64,000 nucleotides of DNA from assembly GCF_009914755.1 (NCBI RefSeq), contig NC_060928.1; one strand, 5' to 3'. Source of the DNA: the human T2T-CHM13v2.0 reference genome, Homo sapiens. The position numbers were made by a program, and so were the translations under genes. The first letter of the stretch is position 1, and each line of letters opens with the position of its first letter. Shown here piece by piece: positions 28,721-40,941 of the stretch. The notes under the pieces are model-generated. The model was given only the letters and a program-made list of their open reading frames with translations, was not told where the DNA came from and searched no databases.

Positions 28721-30178
28721 GCATTTGTGACTTTAAAGCTTGTCTGTGTTTTGAGGATTAGGTAAGAAAGTATAACTTTTAAAAGTTTTTAATTACAAGA
28801 TTGTAATGAGAGGAGGCTGGAATTCAGTACTTGCGTAGAGTCATTTAACACGTGAAATGGGAACCATAAAACATCTCTCTGGCCAAAAAAAAAACAAGCA
28901 AAAATAACAAACAGAAAAAAAGAGAGAGTGAGAGAGAGAGAGGGAGGAGAAAATAGAAAGTAATCACGAAAGAACTTAGATATTCCTTACACAACAGGCA
29001 CACCCCCATAATGCATGTATCACTCTTGTGAACAGCAGGCCAGGCCAGGGTTTATTTTGTGGGTATATGGCTTTTAGCAAAGTTAGAAATAAAGAGCTTC
29101 CTATCAGAGCAAACAAAGCAGAGTTAGCCTTTGTAGGAATAAGACTGAAGATAAGATGGGAAAGATCTTCTGCAAATTCAGCAATTGCTGCTGAATCTAG
29201 GGAAAGTTGGAAAGTAGAGTATGCATTGCCCCCAAACCTCATATGTTAATTGTAAGAGTGTCAATGGTTCTATAAAATGAAAAACTTTTGCAAATCAGAT
29301 ATTTAGGAAACTCAGAGTATCTATGCTAATGAACACATTAAATAACATATTCCAGCAACTTCAATATCTTAATATAATTCAATATGAGTTCTGATTCTAT
29401 ATTTAAAATTGTATAGAAATACTACTGAAGTTTAGGGTAACACGTGGTTAAACTCTATAAAATTAGATACCTAAAGAAATTGATGAAAGCTTGTATAGAT
29501 TATGATCCAGTATAGCTAAGCATTTAATATAATACCGGCACATAAACTGATCAACAGGTACTTGTCAAAATTATTTGCAAACTATTTTCATATTAACTAA
29601 TATGATATATAAGTCATGTTTTCAGAAGTAGCTATTTAATTTAATATGCTGTGGGTGGGGGAATGTTTATGTTGGGAAGGTGGTTAGCAATAGATGGTCT
29701 AGTCTCTCATTGTGCACAACTGGTTGCCTTCTTAAAATATAGCTTAGCTCCCCAAAGCCTGGGGGGAAAGGGCAACATAATTCCTCATAACCTCAGAACA
29801 TTCTGGAAAAGAATTTTCATTAGGCTGGACAATGGGAATGATATTCTGATTCTGGATGGACTCTACGTCTCTTCAAATAACATAAACCAGGAGGCTAAAA
29901 CTGGTGATGGTATATGTATGACATAAATTTTATAAAATTTGTACTGCTATTTAAAAAAAGTTTTCACTGACTGGAAGAAGACTTTAACATACACAATACA
30001 TTTAAAATATTAATTTCTGACAGCAAGTCAGTTTCCCTTAGAAATTACTTGCAAATTGTAAACTTTCATTTATTATTTTGGCCAGCAATTATTAACTGAT
30101 GAGTTTGGCTCCATCATAAAAATTCTAATCATAGCTAAAATTCACTCATTTCCTATACTTTTTAGCTTCTTGTTCTAC

Positions 30179-30565
30179 TGTGTTAGTCCACTTTGCACTG
30201 CTATAACAGAATATATGGGGCTAGGTAATTCATAATTAATAAAAATTCATTTTCTCTCAGTTCTGGAGGCTGGGAATCCAAGACCAAGGTTCTAGCATTA
30301 GGCAAGGGTCTTTTTGCTGCTTCATTACATGCCAGAAGGCAGAGGGAAGAGAGAAGGGGAGGACAGGGGGAGGGAGGGAGAGAGAGAGAGAGAGAGAGAA
30401 GCATGCTCATGCCAGAAAGTTCTTTATTAGGTCATTAAACCCACCCATGACTGTGGATCCCTCATGGCCTAATCACCTATTAAAGATCCCACTGCTTAAT
30501 ACTGTTACAATGGCAATTAAATTTCAACATGAGTTTTGGAGGGCACAAACATTCAAATCATAGCA
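30179..30565 (-). mobile_element. MaLR solo LTR (MST-like) with internal (GA)n
   Basis: TGTGTTAGTCC...GTTCTGGAGGCTGGGAA...ATTTCAACATGAGTTTTGGAGGG...ATAGCA. Confidence 0.85.
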
Positions 30566-31041
30566 CCTATTTACTAGGTTTGTCAAGAGGATTATTTAGA
30601 TAATGACTATAGAGCATTTTATACTCCTTAACTGAAGTTACTATGGAAATAAAATAGTGTTAACATAATATTACTCTTTTTCTATGATGCTTGTCCCTAA
30701 TGGGAGCACTGGGTGAATTCAATATAAGAAATTAGTCCTTCAGTTTAAGATCTGCAGTTAGTAAAATGTTTGGAAAATATATTAAATCTAAAGAGAAGCA
30801 ATCAAAAATTTAAAATATGTGTCCTTAAGTAATCTACTATGAAAAGTTATAAATGTAGAATGTGGATGGGAATGCTGATAGTTTGATAAAACAAAATACA
30901 GTTTATATTTATTAAGTCAAATAGCTTCTCTTATCATAGGAATTTTATAAAAGGATCGCTGAATATATGTCAAATAATTGAGTTCCCTGTTAGGGGTCAA
31001 TTGTCTGAGGCTAGAACAGTACCTTTACCTAACTGATATGT

Positions 31042-31113
31042 CAGGCTGAACTATATAAAATAGCCACTTTCATAAAAAGTCTCAAAAAATGACAATTGTA
31101 TATGGTTTATCTG
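31042..31113. mobile_element. MADE2-like mariner MITE
   Basis: About 72 bp with terminal inverted repeats CAGGCTGAACTATATAAAAT / ATTGTATATGGTTTATCTG, resembling the MADE2 consensus. Confidence 0.6.
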
Positions 31114-32009
31114 TATTTTTCATATGATTTCATATGACAAATTTTATGTGGTTGCTAATAGTTTTCATCAACAAATACAATTAATGTAGTACCATACCAT
31201 TAAAAGCTTAAATATTTAGAAATGCATAATTTATAACATGAGTTTTAAACATGCATTGTAGTGTGCTGAATATTTATATTTTTCTTTAAAAAGTTCTATC
31301 ACTTTATTCTTGGTTTTCTCAGCACATAAATATAGCTTGTACAAAGAAATATTTTTTTAAATCTTTGGCTTGTATGTGTTCTGAATTATCACTATCTCTA
31401 CCTAGATAAGAAATTCATTGAAGACAAGTACTATTCTCCAGTTGTTTTATTTTCAGTTCAGTGCTCTGCAAACAGAAAGCCTAAAATGATGATGAGCAGA
31501 TTGTTTATCTACACTGTAGCTAATTAGCATGAGACAACTCACAGGCATTAGTGGTACAATTTAATTTTTCTATGTACTGCTAAGTAGGAAAATATTGATA
31601 TTTGTATATCTGTAGGTTCTATTTTAAAAAGTACATCAGTTGAATCAAACTTTAGAAATACAATTAAAGTACAATGCTTTAATCTAGGAGAGCACTTTAA
31701 TGTAAGGTATAAATTCAGCTAATGAACACCTGTTATAACACACAATGTTATTCAGGCTCGATAAACAGGTTTTTAAAAATCTAGCTTTTGAGTAAATTGT
31801 ATGTTATAAAGTTTCATGCCAATGAGTGTTAGTTGTTTTTCCCCATCATAACTCGAGTGAAACAGAGGTCTGAACAAGAGACAGAAACTGAATTTTAATC
31901 CCAGCCTTAACAATGATACAGATTTACTTAGTGACCCAGAACAAGTATCTTTTCTGATCAGTTTACTAGTTTATCAAATGGATACTTCCTAATATCTTCT
32001 GGGAAATAC

Positions 32010-32237
32010 TGTTCTGGTTATATATTGTTGCACAACAAAGCACCCCGAAACTTGGTGGCTTAAACAACAATAATTTTATCATTATCTTTGTGGTTCTGGG
32101 TTCAGCTGGCTGATTCTTGCTCAAGGCCTCCGAAGTTTGAAATAAGACAGAGGCTGGGGATGGAATCATCTGGTGTCTGAGCTGTGAAGACTCAAACAAT
32201 TGGGGCTAGAACAGTTGAGGCTCTTTGGGCACTGGTT

Positions 32238-32278
<41 letters not shown>

Positions 32279-32289
32279 TGTGTGTCTGT

Positions 32290-32322
<33 letters not shown>

Positions 32323-32605
32323 GTCTGTATGCATGGGCTTTCCACCATGGTTACTTAGGACTCCAAAATTTTACAACTCATGAAGAGAGAGCCAGGCAGA
32401 AGGGGTATCATATTTATATCCTAACCCAAAAAATCACAAAATGTCATTTCTATCTTATTCTATTAATCAAGGCAGCCACAAGGCCTTCCCAGTTTTAAGA
32501 GGAAGAAACAAAATGCTGCTACTTGAAGGGAGAGGGAGAAATTCTAGTAGAGTATATGGCACCAAAAATATCATTGTGGCCATTGTTGGAAAGTACAATC
32601 TACTG
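32010..32605 (-). mobile_element. MLT1-type LTR containing a (TG)n tract (32241-32322)
   Basis: AAACTTGGTGGCTTAAACAAC, GGGTTCAGCTGG and GGAAAGTACAATCT motifs. Confidence 0.7.
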
Positions 32606-33583
32606 CAAAAGCTGTAAGAATCAAACACCATTATGCCCCCAATAATATTTACATGGGGAAAGTTCTGTGAGTGGAGCCATAGGATTTTGCTGTGGCACAC
32701 ATTCTGTAGGTTTAGCATACCTAATTGTGATGTATGGGACACAAATACACAGAGAGGTACACACACATGCACAGGCAGCTAACTCAAGAGTATGGCTATC
32801 TGAAATCTTAAGCCAATATTCAAAGACATGGAAGGACAGTCAGGTGTTTCCTTCATTTTGAATAAGAATTTCCATTTTTTTCATCATGATCATTTATTCT
32901 GCTCTAATAAATTGCTTTAGCCAATTTGCCTTTGCTCTAGTTAATACAGAACTACCATCTACCTCATTTTTTAACACCCCTTACAACATCTACAAGCCTT
33001 AATTCTCCCTTGGTGAATCATTTATTTTCATCTTTTAGATACTGACCTAGTAAACACCAATATATCTGTGAACACTTAAAAATTTACTTGTTACCCAGTT
33101 TTTCAACAATTTTCTCTACTCTGATCATTATATGATGCATATAGTTCCACTACATAAATTTTTAGCATAAATTTTTATCTCTGTTTTCCAAAGTTCATTC
33201 TTCTCCCTGCAGAAATATTGGCTTTTTGTCTAGCAGCACTCATTATGCTCATTTAAAAAAGGATTACCCATGTTACTCTCATTTACTCCATATTACTCAT
33301 TTATTTATTCAAATATTGGATAATTGACCAATATTCTCCAAATTGGATAATATTGGATAATTGACCCTTCATGAAACCAGAAATTTTGAAATTTTCTGCC
33401 TAATCTTGGGGAAATTCATCAAGTAAAAGGAAAGAATCAGTTACTTCAGTACAAATATCAAAAAAGATGGTATTTATCTTTCACTCATGTACACAGTTTT
33501 GATTAATTTTGAAGCAGCTTCACAATCTCAGTTCATACCGATTCCATTTCAATAAAATTCAAGTATTTATTGAATATAAATTA

Positions 33584-34172
33584 CAGCCAAGTATTGCTTA
33601 CCAATGGGGATAGATTTTGAGAAATGTCATTAGGTGATTTTGTCATGTGGGAACATCATAGAGTGTACTTACACAAACCTAGATGGTATAGCCTGCTACA
33701 CACCTAGGATATATGGTAGGGCATATTGCTCCTCGGCTACAAACCTGTACAGCATATTAGTGTATTGAATACTGCAGGCAATTGTAACACAATGGTATTT
33801 GTGTATCTAAATCTACTAAAACTCAGAAAAGGTACAATAAAAATATGGTATCAAAGACTAAAATTGGTACACCTGTACAGGGTACTTAACCATGAATGGT
33901 GCTTTCAGAAGTGGAAGTCACTCTGGATAAATCAGTGAGTGACTGGTGAGTGAATGTGAAGGCTAGGACATTATTGCATTACTGTATGCTTTTATATGAC
34001 TGGCAGCACAGTAACTTTGTTTACACCAGCATCACTACAAACACAGGAGTAATGCATGGCACTACAATGTTACAATGGCTACATCATCTTCAGCTCCATT
34101 ATAATCTTATGGGACTACAGTCATATATGCAGCCCATCAATGACCAGAATGTCATTATCTGGAACATGACTG
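33584..34172. mobile_element. Tigger3-like TcMar DNA transposon
   Basis: TA|CAG...CATGACTG|TA with TA TSD; internal GGAACATCATAGAGTGTACTTACACAAACCTAGATGGTATAGCC. Confidence 0.85.
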
Positions 34173-34529
34173 TATATACTTTACTAAGTACACTGTGGGT
34201 TATAAAAGTGGATAGGACATATACCCTGTCATTAAAAATGTGCAACATGGGAAAGGAGAACTAGACATGTCCACAAATAACTAGAGATTAAATTACAGAG
34301 AGGAATAAGGTAAATGTTGCAACAGAAGAATACACAAAGTGATATGAGAGTCTGTGGAAAGAGAGAGAGCACTTCTGGTTGAAGGACTAAAAAAACTAAA
34401 ATCACTGGGTGGTGGGTATATCAGATAGGCTCTAAAAGATAGACATAACATTGATAGACTTGGATGACGATTTCAAAGTTAAAATATAGCATAAGCAAAA
34501 CCAGGGCTAGTAATAATACTGTCTCACTA

Positions 34530-34580
34530 ATCTATCTATCCACTTATCTATCTACTTATCCATCTATCTATTCATCTATC
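34530..34580 (+). repeat. Degenerate (TCTA)n tetranucleotide repeat
   Basis: TCTATCTATCCACTTATCTATCTAC... Confidence 0.7.
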
Positions 34581-36357
34581 AAACCATGCCCTTATTTCAG
34601 AAAAGTGGCTTATAGAACAATATAAATAGTTTAAAATCAGGACAGAGGAAATATAATATACAAAACTGAGATAAGTAAGAAATGTAGAACACGATTACAC
34701 ATTTCATAGGCTACTAGGTTATTAAATTTGACCCAAATTGGACTCGTGTGACATATGAGCTTCCTAGAGGAAAGAAAATGTGGCTGGTCAAATGATTCAA
34801 ATTACCAAAAAGAAGAAAGAAATTACCAATCCATTTGGGAAAGAAAAATGATTTGTTAAATGTTTCTATATGTAAGGCAGATTAAATATAAGATAATGAT
34901 CAATATCTCAAATGACATATTTACGGTACTTGTACTAGCAGATTAAGGGTACCAGAAAATTTACTTATCCTAAGAGCTTCAGACCAAACATTAATTTACA
35001 ACTTAATAAAAGCAGTTCTATAAGGGATGTTGGTAATATTCTCCTTGATTTGCAAAACAGAAAACAGAGTTATGGATATTGAGTCAGTTACCCAAAATCA
35101 CACAGCTAATATTTATTAAAGTTTGTATTTGTATTTGTTTCCAGGTTTGCATTACTTTGATGTGAGGGGAAAAGTTTATGTGTAAAAGATAGAGTTGAGT
35201 TGGTGGAGAGAATTTGGTTGGGAGAAGAATAATTGAGAATGTACTGTCAGGGTTAAAATAAAGAATTGGAGGCAGGAAAACTAAGGATGCCTACAGGTTG
35301 AGATGAAAACAGCCTGTAGAAATAGAAAGTTAAAGAAAGGCTGTTTAGTGGAGAAAAGCCTAAAGAAAGATAGGATCAAGAGACCTGCTGAGGGGTTTGG
35401 CCTTGGCAGAGAGGCAGAACTAGTCTTCTTTGAACAGATTGTGAATAAAAGAAATGATATCACCTAAAGAGCTCAAGAAATGGCCCACCCTTGCTTTCCA
35501 AAAGGTTTCAAATCAAAGAACCTAGAGTTTGTTTAGATTTTTAGGCCAAACTCTTTCAGGTAAAATATTTTTTGTTGCACTTAGGACCCTAAAGGAATCA
35601 GCATTTGAGAGCAAAGGCATGGAATGAGATCAAGTAGCCATTTTTCTAACTTCATTCCATTTTCTGCCTGTATGAAATCAGTCACGTCTAGAAATGTGTA
35701 TCCTAGTCTAGGGATTAGAACAACTAGATGTCCCCATTAGCTGTGGACATTCCATCAGCCTAAGGTTTGCAAGGTTTTTGGAAAAGTCAGCCCAACTTCT
35801 GGATGTTTCATGTTGGACTGCTTACTTATTCTGTGGGAGACTCAATATCACCATATAAAAATGGTGTTTTAATATTTATGTACTCAAATTTTATTAAAAA
35901 TTAAAAGCCCCCATATTGTGCCCAGCACACTAAGCAATCAATAACTGTGAGTTGTTTCCTTCCTTTACTTTCAATCCTCACACAACACATATCGAGATCT
36001 GACAGCTGAAAAAGGACCCTTAATAGAAGATCAGTAAAGGCCTCTTACTCTGGCATGTATTCATTATTTCATTTCCAATTCTTTCAATAAATATTTATGT
36101 GCTGCTTTCTAAGAGACAGGCACCCAGCTCACCTTAAAAATGATGCAGAACCTCAGATTTTAGCCGCGTTCTCTCAGCAGTTCATTTATCTTGAAACTTG
36201 AGTCTATTCCCTGGTCCTGTTTTTTGGGATGGTTTGTCACTTTTCTTGTACTGGTATTTAAAATCCTGTATCTTAGTACAAATCTTGATCCCCTTACACT
36301 AAGATGTTGGTTTCTGCTTCCTGCCTCACATCCCTTTCCTGGTTCTATATCCTGTCT

Positions 36358-36676
<319 letters not shown>

Positions 36677-36934
36677 TACCCTGTCTTTAGATAATAATTT
36701 GTTCTGATGCCTGATGCAGCCTGGCCAGGATTAATGAGATAACATATCAAATGTGCTTTTTAACACCTTAAAGAAAAGAATATGAGAAAGAGCAAAATGT
36801 AAATTGTTTCTTTTATCAATAAACTAAAAAAGGAATAATCAAAATATGCATTCTGAATTAATATCTCCTATTCGTTCCCACCAACCTAGAATTTCTCTCA
36901 TTTCATCTTCTTTCTCAAAGGGCACCATAAGCAT

Positions 36935-37413
36935 TTTATTAGGGTCTAGGTAGGAAATGGATGGCACACACTCCTGTTGTGTAATTGCCAAGACTTAGTG
37001 TGTATAGAGCTTAAGAAAAGAAAGGCACAAAGGAAGCACTTGTACTAGTAAGAGCAGAGAGCCATTGCTATGTCTAAGTCTGAAGGCTAAGGGAAAGATG
37101 CGGTCCTTGGAACCTCAGAGATAAAGCTGTATGGAGAAAGCTGTTTGAAGAGGCTGTGGGCTTTGGTAAAGAGGCATTAACCTAGAGCAACCCAGCAGGA
37201 AGGAAGCAAGGGAAAAATAAACACTCCAATCTTATTCTTCTCCTATTTTATTTTTTGTCAGTGATCATCACTTCGTTAAATGCAACCAAAAGCCACACAG
37301 AAAGCAGGGGAGCTCATTTTTTATTTCATATGGGTCAGCATTCTGAGGACACAAAGAAGACTGTAGAAGGCTGAAGAGTGGACCGGAAAGGGCAAATAGG
37401 AGATATCCAGAGC
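36935..37413 (-). mobile_element. LTR33-like ERVL LTR
   Basis: GGTCAGCATTCTGAGGACACA...GAGTGGACCGGAAAGGGCAAATAGGAGATATCCAG matches the reverse of the LTR33 start. Confidence 0.55.
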
Positions 37414-38009
37414 AGACAAATAATCCAAGGTGACAGTGCCATGACAGCAATATAAGCAAATGCCAAGGGAACCAGCCAAGAAAGAGAATTCTGGACAGAC
37501 TTTGATGGCAGGCAAGGCCAAGATGAAAGACAAGTGGATGATTTGGGCCAAAAAATAATATTCCTGGCTGGGGGTTTATTCAGAAAAAGTACTTGGCATT
37601 TTTAGAGGAATTTGAGTAAATTGATACAACTGGAATACAGAGGGAGTGAAGGGAAATGAAGCCAAAGATAAGCTGTAATCCAAATTAAGTAATGGAGATT
37701 TATCACAGTATTTTAGAAAAAAAGAGTGATATAATCATCCTACTGGTTAAAAAGAAAAAAGATAAGGGGGAGGAGTTAGTGACAACTAGATGGACAGTGA
37801 TATCATTTATACATCTTCACATACTCAGTGGCAACAATGACTGTATTTTATTCCTGCATAGCATGTGCCAGGCACTGTTGTAAGCACTTTGGATATAATA
37901 AGCCATTTAATCCTCACAGGAATCCTCTAAGTATTCTTATCATCTCCACTCAGAATTAAACTGATGCACAGTAAATTAGATGACTTGACAAAGTTCACAC
38001 AGCTAGCAA

Positions 38010-38850
38010 ATGGTGCAGTCAGCCAAGGGATCAGATACATGGGGCACAGTCCAGGAACATTTCATCCCTGGAGCTTCCAGTTGCCCTCTCCTAGTAGAGT
38101 CAGGGACAGTATCAACATTCCCAGCATCAGGGTATGAGAATATACACAGAGTATTGGCAAATAGGGAAGCTCCTCTGACACTCAGCATCCAGAGTTTCAT
38201 TGGAACTTAGTCATATACACATGGTTGGCTGCCCAAGTGACTGATCTCAGTCTCCAGACCCTCTCAAGTTTCAGCTGATCCCATATGACTCAGAGCCCCC
38301 TTATGAATGATATTATTATACTGTCTGTGATATAGTTTGGCTCTGTGTCCCCACTCAAATCTGATCTCGAATTGTAATCCCCATGTGTGAAGGGAGGGAC
38401 ATGGTGGGAGGTGATTGGATCATGGGGATGGTTCCCTCATGCTGTTCTTATGATAGGGAGTTCTTACAAGATCCGATGGTTTAAAAGTGGCATTTTCCTC
38501 TGGCTCTCTCTCTCTCCTGCTGCCGTGTAAGACATGCCTTGCTTCCCATTTGCCTTCTGCCATGATTTTAAGTTTCCCAAGGCTTCCCCAGCCATGCAGA
38601 ACTGTGAGTCAATTACGTCTCTTTTATTTACAAATTACCTGGTCTCAGGTAGTATCTTAATAGCCATACAAAACTGGACTAATACATCTCCTATAGCCCA
38701 GGACTTTCAGGTAAACGAAAATACTCTTAACAGGCAAGACATTACAAGGGCTTAGATAACCTCCTAAGAGCCGAATAAGATAACCTCCCAAGAGCTGAAC
38801 ACAAAGGCCAAACTTCTCTTTGGGCAAGATTAAATTCCTTACTACACACA
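38010..38850. mobile_element. MER21-like LTR interrupted by THE1
   Basis: GGAGCTTCCAGTTGCCCTCTC...AGGGAAGCTC on the left and CAAAGGCCAAACTTCTCTTTGGGCAAGATTAAATTCCTTACTACACA on the right. Confidence 0.6.
38328..38686 (+). mobile_element. THE1 (THE1C/D-like) solo LTR
   Basis: TGATATAGTTTGGCTCTGTGTCCCCAC...CCCCAGCCATGCAGAACTGTGAGTCAATTA...GGACTAATACA. Confidence 0.9.
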
Positions 38851-39080
38851 GGTGAAATTAATAATACATTTTATTTAGCTCAATATATCCAAAACATTAT
38901 CATTTCAACATATGATCAATATAAAACATTATTAAAATAGCTTATATTTTTTCTGTACTAAGCCTGTGAAATGCTGTGGATATTTTACCTTTACAGCACA
39001 TCTCAACTTGGACTAGCCACATTTAAAGTGCTTTGTAGCTGCATCAGGCTAGTTGGTAGTCTACCAATGAATGCAGCTCC
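38851..39080. mobile_element. MER33-like fragment
   Basis: ATTATCATTTCAACATATGATCAATATAAAA...GGACTAGCCACATTTAAAGTGCT. Confidence 0.6.
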
Positions 39081-40391
39081 ATTCTTTCCTTATTCTTGCT
39101 GAATCTAACAAAGGTTTATATATTTATCCTGTGGGCATAATTATCAGTGTTTTCTAATATATTTATTTATTATTTTAAGTAATAATAAGAATTACTATTA
39201 GGTAATTTCTTATCACATTTAAAACTAATGTTTAAAATAGAATATGCTTTTCAAAAACCAAAACAAATCAACATCAACGAATAATCTTTTTACCCTCCCA
39301 TTTGAAGTCCGAGTTTCTATTCCTTATCTATACAGTCTTTGCTCCTTTGATGTACTTTCATTACTTTTAGATTGAATTTCACCTTATTCTTAAAGTGACA
39401 ATTTACATGTTTAATGATCTTCCTCTTGTCACTTATAATTCAATTTTCTATTTTCAGTGAGCCTGATTTTTGTGTGGGATATAATGTCTCTTCTCTTCTG
39501 ATTGCATCTTAGGCAATGCAATGCAATTTGGACAAGACTTCAGGGAATCTCCCAGTTATTATTTTTGTGTGTGTGCAAATCCTCCCCTTACTAAAAGGGA
39601 TGTTTGACATAATTTATTTTTATCTTAGTCTGAAGACATTTCAAGAAGTTTTTGAAAACCTTAAAAATATCTAAACCCTTCCTAATTTACCACAAAAACT
39701 GACCTGGAAGCTCTATTATCTATTACAGAAAATATTTTTTCCAGTATTCTCCAGTTGCAGTGCAGCACTTCAAAATGTACATTTAAACTACATTTTAGAA
39801 ACACATTATAGAATAATATGTGTTATTTAGAATGGCTTTGTATATGAACATAATTAAAAGAGCATTTTAAAAGGCACTTTAATAGTAGCTATTGAAATGC
39901 CAAGCTGTAAAGGTCAGAGTCTGTCTACAAGTGCCTTAACACGCCTTCTTAGCCTCCTCTCTTCATCTGTCGCATGACCTCCTGTGGTGGTGGAGCACAT
40001 TGTGGGCTGAGATGCACCTTAATTATTTTAGATTCATCCTTTCTTTATTAAAGTTTTACAATATTACAGTCTCATATTTTCCCCTTGTCTTCTCCCTTCA
40101 ATGGTCTTAGAATCATACTGTTTCTACCCTGCATAATAGGTACCTCTCCATCACAGAAGCCATTTCGTTTGAAGTTGATGCTGTATCTTTTTTTGTTGTT
40201 GCTTTAGTGCCCTTTCTGTCTGTCATCATGGTCCTGCTTTTTATTGAGTGTATCTAACATAGATTCTTCCTACCTAAACATGGAGGAGAGAGATTTTAAT
40301 TAATTCATTAATTTTGGTCTAGATATTAGCCCCCTTTGCCTAGAAAATTAGTGCTTTTTTTAAAATAAGGAAGGGCTGCATTTCCTCATGA

Positions 40392-40444
40392 GTGTGTGTG
40401 TGTGTGTGTGTATGTGTGTGTGTGTGTGTGTTTATATGTGTGTG
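40392..40444 (+). repeat. (TG)n microsatellite
   Basis: Interrupted TG run. Confidence 0.9.
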
Positions 40445-40941
40445 AATTGATATCCCAGAAATATATCAAAACCTTTTAAAGTTCTTCCCATTTTCTTAAC
40501 CGTTGACATATCTGTTAAGCAACAGATATGCTGCTTCTTTAGTTAGGACTTTTAAGCTCTTTGTCCTCATGAGGTGAAAATGTTATGTGTTTCTGTCTTT
40601 GTCCCTTGGTCTTCTAACATTTATGAATGAATAATCAGTGCTGCTTGATATAGCTGGAATTCTTGCTTTTTCCTACTAAAACACTGAGTTACTTTTTCTC
40701 CCTTAAATGTTACCTTAAGGGTTTCCTTTCCCTTTAAGGCCATAAGTAATTCTTTAAACAATTATATGATTTGTTGAATTAGAATATAACTTCAAAATAA
40801 ACTGTATTTTACTGTAAATTAGTAATCTATCAACGGATTTTACCACCAACCAAATCAGTATCTTGACCACATATACGTGAAACAGAGCTAGGTGAATTTA
40901 TAACTGATACATCTCTAGTTACAAATATCCCTGGACAATTA

